A stretch of 64,000 bases of DNA from Arcobacteraceae bacterium (lineage in GTDB: Bacteria > Campylobacterota > Campylobacteria > Campylobacterales > Arcobacteraceae): NCBI GenBank assembly GCA_963662945.1, contig OY759974.1, positions 1,088,001 through 1,152,000 on the forward strand. Direction: 5' to 3'. The translations under genes were made by a program, and so were the position numbers. The notes below the pieces were generated by a model. The model did no database searches and was not told the origin of the DNA. It was given only the letters and a program-made list of their open reading frames with translations. Shown piece by piece: positions 53,735 through 61,760 of this stretch (position 1 is the first letter of the stretch; every line of letters starts with the position of its first letter).

Positions 53735-54736
53735 CTAATCCTTGATTTTATCAAATAAGTCAAACTCTATTGTATATTTATTAATTCTAAAATACCCTTC
53801 GCTTGATGATGCAGAGTAAGAATCAGTAAATGGGTAATGTATATGTAAATTTATATCCTGATTATCATAATATTCATTCTCAAATATATAAAATAAAGCA
53901 ATTCCTATAGTTTGCGCTTTTGTTGCTAAAGGAGCTAAATGAATATTGTTAACTGCACTTTTATTTATAGATACATATTTTTTAACATATTCTGAAATAA
54001 CATGAGCTGTAATAAATGGGTTATTAGCAGGAGCATAAAGCAATTCTGTATTTTCTTTTATACCAAGTTCAGTTTTTGATTTTAATAAATTTAATATATT
54101 TTCTTGATACATAATAGCTTGCAAAGAAGGAAAACCAATTAATGGTTTAATTTCATTTGCTGTGACATTACGTATAACTTTATTAACCAATTTAGAATCA
54201 TATCCTACATTTACTATAAATAAATCATTTTCTCCTGATTTTGAGTATGTTTCGTATGGTGAGACAATATTTCTTGATTCAACAATATTATCAGAAAATT
54301 TTGTTTTATCACTTTTTAAATATCTCTGAGGTTCTGTATAAATTAAGTCGAATTTATCGATTCCCTTTTCTTTAAACCAAAATAAAAGAAAAACTAAATA
54401 AGGCTTATTAAAACCTGTTGTATCTATACAAATTTTATCCTTATCAGTAATATTTATATATTTTTCACACATGGCATTAATATATTCAGATTCTTTAATA
54501 TTATGATTAATTATATTATATTCAAAGATTTCACCATTAATTTGGGAAGTATCTATATTGTATTCTGGGAAAATTAAATATATCTTTTTTTCTGCCTGTA
54601 TATTATCATATGTTTTAATGACAATATCTTCTTGTGTGTATGCAGAGATAAATAAATCATAATTTTCAATATCTGTAGAAAACTCTTCAAAGCTTCTATA
54701 AGAATCATAATTAAAAAGATGATACTTACTAATCAT
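53735..54736 (-). CDS. Hypothetical alpha/beta protein, last gene of the four-gene cargo operon
   Basis: ICIDTTGF, YTEPQRY, GFPSL and LAPLATKAQ motifs. Confidence 0.65.
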   Translation of the reverse strand: MISKYHLFNYDSYRSFEEFSTDIENYDLFISAYTQEDIVIKTYDNIQAEKKIYLIFPEYNIDTSQINGEIFEYNIINHNIKESEYINAMCEKYINITDKDKICIDTTGFNKPYLVFLLFWFKEKGIDKFDLIYTEPQRYLKSDKTKFSDNIVESRNIVSPYETYSKSGENDLFIVNVGYDSKLVNKVIRNVTANEIKPLIGFPSLQAIMYQENILNLLKSKTELGIKENTELLYAPANNPFITAHVISEYVKKYVSINKSAVNNIHLAPLATKAQTIGIALFYIFENEYYDNQDINLHIHYPFTDSYSASSSEGYFRINKYTIEFDLFDKIKD

Positions 54737-56745
54737 TATAAAGTATCTCCAAATAAACTAGGAGTAATAAAAGAAAGCACTTTTTCTTTTTTGTTGAAAG
54801 GGGCATTATATCTTGACATATACTCTTTATGAATATTTAGCCATTCTTTATCTTCACCTTTACATAATATCTCTATATCATCAGCTTTAAATTGAAAAGT
54901 TCCTCCTATAGCAATATGCAAATCCCATTTTGCTGTTAAGATTGCAGGGACAGAATAACTATCCAACATCATTCCAGAGTTATTTTTTTCTTTTTTATCA
55001 ATACTTTTTTTTATTAGTAACATATGATTAACTGCTTTAGTAAGAATTGACTCTGATTCCTCTGATAATGTACCCTTATAGGAAAAAGCAATCAATGTTT
55101 TCTCCGTAGGTTTATTTGACATTCGAAATGCTTTAAAAAAACTATTTATTCTCTCTATCATTTTAATAACGAGTTTATTTTCTATATCTATAATTGCATA
55201 AGTCCAAAACTCATCTGAAGCATCTTTTATTGCTTTATATTGAGTTTTACATTTTATGGGATTATTACTATCAAACATAGGTTCTTCAGAAAATTTAGAA
55301 TTAATATAAATTTCACTTAATATCAACATTAAATTTCTAGGATTTGCATGCGAAAAATCAATTATTTTTTCAAGACCACAATTAAAAAATGTTATCGAAT
55401 AATCTCTACAAATCTGAAAGTAAAAGGTATTTTTTAAATGCCTAAGAGTTTCATTATCATGAATATTTTTAGAACTTCCTTCCATTGAACTTTTAATTTC
55501 TATACTTTTTTCAACTAAATTCTTGTTTTTACTCCAAGCTTGATATAGCAACCATATATTTTCTTTTTCTTTAAGTGGATCCATTGGACAAAATAAATTA
55601 TCTATTATAATTGATATTTCATCTAATGATAAACTTAATTCTTCTGAATATTCTTCTAACTGTTTTGATAAAGTTAAAAAATACTTTCTATCTTTCGAGT
55701 CAGGATGAATATCTAATACTTTTTTGATTATTTGATTTTCATTTAATTTTTGAAAAGAATCAATAAGAGCTTTCTCATCTAAATTAGCAAGATTTTTATT
55801 AAGTCTTTTTCTAATTAAATTAATAGCAAACTGTTTATAGTTGTTTGAATTATCAAGGTATGTTTCTAAATATTTTTTCGTTACTTCTGCATATGAATTT
55901 TTTTCATCATCTGAAAAAGTTTTTTCTTCTTTTATTGAATATAATCTACCTGATATTCTTATTGAAATTCTTTCTGAATATTTAGGGTGTCTTAAAATTG
56001 TATTCACAAAAACTTGCTGTTCTTTACTTAAATCTTCAAACTGGTCTAATAAAAATAAGAATCGAACATCTTTCAAAATCTTACTAGAATCTAGTATATA
56101 ATAACATATATCATAGAACATATTCGATCTTGTATCGAAAACTACATCAATATCAAGAGAATCTTTAAATCCTGTACGTAATCTCGAAAAAGCCCTATCA
56201 ACTTTTTTATGTTCTTGTCGGATTTTTTTATATATATACTCTATTGTAATTGTTTCATCAACTGAATCAAAAAAACACTCATTATACATACTAGAAACTT
56301 TTTCACAGTCTATATCATCTAACCCATTTAGCTGTAAATCTATTATTTGTTCTAAAAATGCTTCAATCAAAATTAAATTAAAATAATAAAAATACCACTC
56401 TTCCCAAATTGACTTATCTAATTTTGAGCCACTAAATCTTTCAAACTGAAAGTTTCCTAATTCTAATAGTAAACTTGTATATTTATCCTCTTTAATTTGC
56501 TCTAATATGGATCTATGTGTCGTTTTTAAAGCTCTAATTTTTTGAGCCTTATAAGAGCAATATCGTAAAATGTGAGTTTTCCCACTTCCTTTTCCGCCTA
56601 ATATTATTAAAGGTCTAGGATTTGTAGGTTCAATTACATCCAAAAACTTTTTATGTTCAATTTCATCATTTAATTCAACCCAAAAATTAACTATTTCATC
56701 ATTATTTAAATGAACAGCTTTAATATTTGAAAATGGATTATTCAT
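54736..56745 (-). CDS. Large P-loop ATPase (STAND / ORC-Cdc6-like)
   Basis: ILGGKGSGKT (Walker A), FLLDQFEDL (Walker B) and NPRNL. Confidence 0.8.
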   Translation of the reverse strand: MNNPFSNIKAVHLNNDEIVNFWVELNDEIEHKKFLDVIEPTNPRPLIILGGKGSGKTHILRYCSYKAQKIRALKTTHRSILEQIKEDKYTSLLLELGNFQFERFSGSKLDKSIWEEWYFYYFNLILIEAFLEQIIDLQLNGLDDIDCEKVSSMYNECFFDSVDETITIEYIYKKIRQEHKKVDRAFSRLRTGFKDSLDIDVVFDTRSNMFYDICYYILDSSKILKDVRFLFLLDQFEDLSKEQQVFVNTILRHPKYSERISIRISGRLYSIKEEKTFSDDEKNSYAEVTKKYLETYLDNSNNYKQFAINLIRKRLNKNLANLDEKALIDSFQKLNENQIIKKVLDIHPDSKDRKYFLTLSKQLEEYSEELSLSLDEISIIIDNLFCPMDPLKEKENIWLLYQAWSKNKNLVEKSIEIKSSMEGSSKNIHDNETLRHLKNTFYFQICRDYSITFFNCGLEKIIDFSHANPRNLMLILSEIYINSKFSEEPMFDSNNPIKCKTQYKAIKDASDEFWTYAIIDIENKLVIKMIERINSFFKAFRMSNKPTEKTLIAFSYKGTLSEESESILTKAVNHMLLIKKSIDKKEKNNSGMMLDSYSVPAILTAKWDLHIAIGGTFQFKADDIEILCKGEDKEWLNIHKEYMSRYNAPFNKKEKVLSFITPSLFGDTL

Positions 56746-57729
56746 TCAACTATTTCCTTTTTTTAAAAGCATATACTTTTTACTATATCGTTTAAATATT
56801 GATTGCCATTGCTTATTATTTGCCCAAAATATGGGAAGACTATTATTAGGAATATTATAAAAAAACCCTAATGCTAATTGGCCATCAGCAAATCCACACT
56901 CGTCCTTATTTAATTTTTTATTTTCATCTCTACTAATATCTTCATTTCCTAACTCAAACTTTTTTGAATAAGTATTTACACATAGTTCTTTAAATTCTTC
57001 TTTACAATTAGAAATAGTTTGAAAATATCTAGAAGTATCTGAAAAAACCTTATATGTCTCATCCAATTCAAAAATAGTATCAACATTATCAAATAGTTTT
57101 GAATCTTTTAGAGTTTTTAATGCTGTAGTAGTTGCAAATAGCGTGAAATATGAAATTTTAATTTTAGGAACTTTAGTTCTAATCTCTGAAATAATTTTAT
57201 GAAAACTTTCATTAGTTGCCTGACTACCACTACCACTTATATCATCAATATAAATTAACTGTTCTAGTTCATTATATTTTTCATTAACTATTAGTTCACA
57301 AGAATGAATAAATAATTCCTTTGGAATATTATTTCTTTGCCTAAAAAAATAAAGTATTATACTACTACTTTCTGATGGATTACCAATACTAGAAAATCTA
57401 GTTTTTAATAAGCTGTCATCTAAATATTCATTGTAATCATTTAACTTTAATGATTTCATTTCTTTTCTATATTTCTTTACTAAAGGAGCAATATATTTAT
57501 CTTTATATAATGATTTTAAAGCCTGTTTTATTTCTCTCTGATCATAAAACATAAATTGACTAAGAAGACTTAACGCAATAAACTTATTTTTATTTCTTTT
57601 ATCAGAAACTTCTTCAAAGTTCTTTAACCATTCTTCTATATCTTGTTCTAAAACTTTATGTCCCCATAACCATGTTGATAAATCTTGTATTTGGTCTTTT
57701 AACTTTTGTATTTGATTATTATATGTCAT
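56746..57729 (-). CDS. Phosphoribosyltransferase-fold protein (conflict-system type)
   Basis: PRPP loop IYIDDISGSGSQ, ESS motif and C-terminal GF...NIPNNSLPIFW. Confidence 0.78.
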   Translation of the reverse strand: MTYNNQIQKLKDQIQDLSTWLWGHKVLEQDIEEWLKNFEEVSDKRNKNKFIALSLLSQFMFYDQREIKQALKSLYKDKYIAPLVKKYRKEMKSLKLNDYNEYLDDSLLKTRFSSIGNPSESSSIILYFFRQRNNIPKELFIHSCELIVNEKYNELEQLIYIDDISGSGSQATNESFHKIISEIRTKVPKIKISYFTLFATTTALKTLKDSKLFDNVDTIFELDETYKVFSDTSRYFQTISNCKEEFKELCVNTYSKKFELGNEDISRDENKKLNKDECGFADGQLALGFFYNIPNNSLPIFWANNKQWQSIFKRYSKKYMLLKKGNS

Positions 57730-59092
57730 TATTTTTCTTAAATACTACAATATATTCTCTAGAAATAACACTAGCAGTTTTATTCCTTTTTGTCATTAAT
57801 CCTCGAGATTTAATATCATCAATTAAAATTAACTCTGTTGAAAATCCAATTTTTTCAGCAATCTTTATTAAATATTTATGGGTCATAAACTCATACCCTG
57901 CAATAGTATTATTACCAATTACCATCACAAAATAACCATTATTTTTTAAAACTTTATAATAATGAGTAAAAGATTCCTGCATTTCAAGTAAGTATTTATA
58001 TGTAATATAGGCTCGTAACTTATTTTTTTCATAAATCTTTAATAATATTTTATCAATTTTATTTATCCCAAAAACATGTAACTTGTCATATTCTTTTTTT
58101 GGAAAGTGTTCTCTACCAATTGATTGCTTATCTAATTCAGCAATCGTAGAATTATTTAGCTCTAGCCACTGTAAACTTAAACTAGAAGCTCTGATATATT
58201 TTTGTGCACTAACATAAGGAGGTGAAGTTAAAATCAATTGAACCGTATTTTTTTTAATATCTTTTTTTGTTAAATGTTTAATATCACTATTATATACAGT
58301 AACTTCATTTGAACTTAACATTGTACTATTTTGATATTCAACAAGTCTAGCTATATTCTTATTGGCTTGTTCAATAAAAAATTCAAAAACTTTACTTTTA
58401 TCAATAAATTTTAAATTTTTTATAGCAGCTTCTCTAAGAGAATGACCTTCTGGAAATTTATCTTTATTAATTTTTACTGGTACTGAAATTCTAGGATCAG
58501 AATAACTGAACTTTTTACAACAAATAGAAAAAACTACCAAATAAAACTCTTTTATATTTTGATCACTAATTTGACTAACGATATCTTTAATTTTAGATAA
58601 TTTTCGCATATTTTGTTTACTATACCAATGTTCTATATTTGACACTTTAGGTATATGATATTGTTTTTTAGAGCTGCTATAAATTTCAAAAAGATTTTTA
58701 ATATTTTCTAACTCTTGTTTTAAATTAATTATATCTACTTTGGAAGTTTTTGTTTTTGCAATTAAAGCAGCTAGTGGATTAACATCAACACCTATTGCAT
58801 TTCTATTAGCAAGAGATGCTTCTAATAGTACTGTTCCTGTTCCACAAAAGGGATCTACTACTATATCTTGTTCTCTAGAAAAAACTGTATTATTTAAAAA
58901 AAAATATGGTATTTGCTGTAATAACTTTGCAGGATAAGAATGTATAAAATGAGTATGTCTATCCATATTTACAATACTAGGTACTAATTCTCTAAAATTA
59001 ACAGTTATTGGTTCTTGATTCTCTTTATATTTATTTATTAATTCTAAAATATAATTATCAAAAAAACTAATACCCTTATATTGTTTATTCAT
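57719..59092 (-). CDS. Site-specific DNA amino-methyltransferase (N4-C likely)
   Basis: THFIHSYPAK, DPFCGTGT (motif I) ahead of TSPPY (motif IV). Confidence 0.88.
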   Translation of the reverse strand: MNKQYKGISFFDNYILELINKYKENQEPITVNFRELVPSIVNMDRHTHFIHSYPAKLLQQIPYFFLNNTVFSREQDIVVDPFCGTGTVLLEASLANRNAIGVDVNPLAALIAKTKTSKVDIINLKQELENIKNLFEIYSSSKKQYHIPKVSNIEHWYSKQNMRKLSKIKDIVSQISDQNIKEFYLVVFSICCKKFSYSDPRISVPVKINKDKFPEGHSLREAAIKNLKFIDKSKVFEFFIEQANKNIARLVEYQNSTMLSSNEVTVYNSDIKHLTKKDIKKNTVQLILTSPPYVSAQKYIRASSLSLQWLELNNSTIAELDKQSIGREHFPKKEYDKLHVFGINKIDKILLKIYEKNKLRAYITYKYLLEMQESFTHYYKVLKNNGYFVMVIGNNTIAGYEFMTHKYLIKIAEKIGFSTELILIDDIKSRGLMTKRNKTASVISREYIVVFKKNNDI

Positions 59093-59167
59093 TACTGCCC
59101 CAATTAATTCTTAATTTGTTAATATAACAAATTCAAGCTGCTATTAAGATAAAATGGTAAGTAAATT

Positions 59168-59947
59168 TTAAAATTCTATTTCAATACCTATTGGACAATG
59201 GTCAGAACCTTCTATTTCATCTAAAATAAAAGCATCTTTTAGTTTATTTTGTAAATCACTAGAAATAAAAATATAGTCAATTCTCCAGCCTTCATTTTTT
59301 ACTCGTCCTCTTGATCGATAAGACCACCAAGTATAAGCTTCTTCTTTTTCTCCATGAATCTGTCTATAGGTATCTATATAACCTACTTGGATAAACTTAT
59401 CTACACACTCCCTTTCAATATCAGAAAATCCAGACTTACTATATATTTTAGTTTTTTTTAAATCAATATCTTTATGTGCAATATTAAAATCACCACAGAT
59501 TATTATAGATTTTCCATCAGCTCGTAATTCTTCACAATGTGAAAAAAATTTATTATAAAAATTAATTTTAAATTCTAATCTTTCTTTTGATATCTTGCCA
59601 TTTGGAAAATAAACATTGAAAACTACTATATTTTCATAGTGTTGCTCAATAACCCTACCTTCCATATCAGCATCAACTAATTCACAAGTATTTTCTCTGA
59701 CGAAATCTATATTAGAATATGTCAAAGTACCAGATAAACCTTTCGTAATACCACTATTTACTGTAAAATTTTTATACTGTTTATTAAAGCTTTTAGGTAT
59801 TTCTTCTTTTATTGCTTTAATCTCTTGTAGACATAAAATATGAGGATGGATTTCATCAACCCAAAAAAAAGAATCTTTTTTTGCAGCAGCTCTTAAACCA
59901 TTAACATTCCATGAAAATATTCTTATTTTTTCTTTTAAAGTTTTTAT
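59168..59947 (-). CDS. xth: Exodeoxyribonuclease III / AP endonuclease (no canonical start codon)
   Basis: Frame is open upstream of the track's ORF through FSWNVNGLRA and LCLQEIK; NVYFPNG, GDFN, GWRIDY and GSDHCP. Confidence 0.88.
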   Translation of the reverse strand: MKTLKEKIRIFSWNVNGLRAAAKKDSFFWVDEIHPHILCLQEIKAIKEEIPKSFNKQYKNFTVNSGITKGLSGTLTYSNIDFVRENTCELVDADMEGRVIEQHYENIVVFNVYFPNGKISKERLEFKINFYNKFFSHCEELRADGKSIIICGDFNIAHKDIDLKKTKIYSKSGFSDIERECVDKFIQVGYIDTYRQIHGEKEEAYTWWSYRSRGRVKNEGWRIDYIFISSDLQNKLKDAFILDEIEGSDHCPIGIEIEF

Positions 59948-59963
59948 TAATATTTCCTATTAG

Positions 59964-61670
59964 CTATAAAAATATCTTTCCAATTAATCCAACTACCCAT
60001 TTAAACTTTTCATTATCAGTTAAATTTTCATTTCTCTCATGATTTTTTGTAGTGAATTTAATAGAACTCTCTTTATCTTGTTTTTTCATAGTATTTATTG
60101 CTTCAAGATCTTTAAAATGACGTGCTATGAAAATATGAAAATCACTATCCAAAATCTTTTGTTCTGATACCAATATCCAACTACTAGAAGCTGATGAAGG
60201 ATAATTTTCAAGTTCCAAAATTCCTACATGGAAATTTTTATAAATAAACGTTGCAGTTAAATACTGTCTAGGTCTACCATGCATCATACATTTAGAATTT
60301 ATATCTTCTGTATCTTTGATTGTAACTTTTGGCAACTCTTTTACCTCACTTAAATAAAATGATATTATCTCTTTTTGTATTTTTAAAAAATCCATGTATT
60401 GTCTAAATACTACAAAATTATCTATCTCAGATAAAGGCTTTGACTCATTCTGCTCTTTTTCAAAATTACTTGATACGACTACTTTTCTAATTTTTTTCTT
60501 CCCTTTTGTAGAAGACTCTGTTAGACTTTGATCAACTGCCTCATCAGATTGATGTTCTTCATAGATTTTAAATAAATCAATTATAGTCTCTTTAGTTACC
60601 GTCTCACTTTCAATTTCAATACCTTGAAGACTTCCACAAGTTTTTCTTTTTTCTTTTTGATGTTGAGTCTGAGTATTTTTTTTACTAGCAGCTTCAACTT
60701 TTAAAATTTCTGTTGTTTCATCTGGATTTTCTATATCTACTTTTGGTAAATTTTCTAATTCATCAATATCTGTTATTACCTTGTCTTTTTCATAATATTT
60801 AGTAAATTTATCAAAACCAATATCTGAATAATCATTTGTTATCTCATGCACATAATAAAATTCTTCATTTGTATCATCATTTTTCAATAAAGCTGCTCTT
60901 GTTTCAATTTTAAATATTTCTTTTATAGGAAACTTTACTTTAATAGGAACTGTCTTTATATCTTCTTTTTCTGGATAATTGTCATGCATAAACTTTAAAT
61001 AACTATGTATATACTTTGCAACATCTTCAAAAGCATAAGTTGCATCAGACTGACAGGCATATCTGTGAATAAAAGCAGCATCTGCATCTATTCTTGGATA
61101 TCTTAGTACAATTGAAGCATCATCCCTATCACAACAACAACCACTATATAGGTCATCTAATTTACATTTTAATACTGCTTCTCTTAAATGGGTAAATCTA
61201 TAGTAAAAGTAAATTGCAACTGCATAGTGGGGGATAATAATATTTACATTATCTTGTTTGAATAAATAACAATAGTTATACTTAGCTTCTTTTAAAAATT
61301 TTCTTTTCCAACCTATTAGTGAAACTATACTTTTTTCATCAAGTATTTTATGTAAATGTAAAGTATTGCTTTCTGCCAAATGTGTCGTATCAATAAGAAA
61401 GCTTTTTTCAGTTATATCTTTATTCGTATAATATTTAGTTTTGTCACCCTTTAGAAATGATTTTTCTAAAGGATAGTGGGTAAACAAAAGTTCAGGTGAC
61501 ATTTCATATAAAAAAACTTCTTTTTTTGTTATATTTTTGACTACAACATCAAAATGACTTTGACTATATTCTTCATCATCAAGTCTTAATCTAAGAGGAA
61601 AAAGTATTTTAAAAATATCTGTAGGATTATCTACCATAAATTCAGGGATAACACTCTTAGACTTTGACAT
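59964..61670 (-). CDS. TnsE-like target-selection protein
   Basis: By-eye colinear similarity to Tn7 TnsE as recalled: IIIP..., YYVHEI, NFVVF...FL, ELPKV, GRPR, ILELE, KNH. Similar length (568 aa). Confidence 0.7.
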   Translation of the reverse strand: MSKSKSVIPEFMVDNPTDIFKILFPLRLRLDDEEYSQSHFDVVVKNITKKEVFLYEMSPELLFTHYPLEKSFLKGDKTKYYTNKDITEKSFLIDTTHLAESNTLHLHKILDEKSIVSLIGWKRKFLKEAKYNYCYLFKQDNVNIIIPHYAVAIYFYYRFTHLREAVLKCKLDDLYSGCCCDRDDASIVLRYPRIDADAAFIHRYACQSDATYAFEDVAKYIHSYLKFMHDNYPEKEDIKTVPIKVKFPIKEIFKIETRAALLKNDDTNEEFYYVHEITNDYSDIGFDKFTKYYEKDKVITDIDELENLPKVDIENPDETTEILKVEAASKKNTQTQHQKEKRKTCGSLQGIEIESETVTKETIIDLFKIYEEHQSDEAVDQSLTESSTKGKKKIRKVVVSSNFEKEQNESKPLSEIDNFVVFRQYMDFLKIQKEIISFYLSEVKELPKVTIKDTEDINSKCMMHGRPRQYLTATFIYKNFHVGILELENYPSSASSSWILVSEQKILDSDFHIFIARHFKDLEAINTMKKQDKESSIKFTTKNHERNENLTDNEKFKWVVGLIGKIFL

Positions 61671-61694
61671 TTTATTTTCTTATTTTATTCTCAA

Positions 61695-61760
61695 TATCAA
61701 ACTTTAATAAAATCATTATCAAACTTTATTGTCCATTATCAAACTTTTTTGTTTCTTACA
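61695..61760 (-). repeat. Transposon end (right-type) with three closely spaced TnsB sites
   Basis: TATCAAACTTT at 61695, 61717 and 61737; minus strand starts TGTAAGAAACAAAAAAGTTTGATAAT. Confidence 0.9.

Larger units (their letters stand above)
43153..61760. mobile_element. Tn7-like transposon (18.6 kb) inserted in the mnmG 3' end
   Basis: TGT...ACA termini, repeated AATAAAGTTTGATA-type sites at both ends, TTTCA duplication, tnsA/B/C/tniQ and a TnsE-like gene. Confidence 0.93.

Noticed and set aside
54736-54770. C-terminal TPSLF of the cargo ATPase as a beta-clamp-binding motif
   Set aside because: Lacks the canonical Gln and is too short to support without an alignment.
43153-61760. CRISPR-associated transposon (CAST)
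   Set aside because: TnsA and TniQ resemble those of CASTs, but no cas gene or repeat-spacer array is visible. The only repeats are TnsB-type sites.
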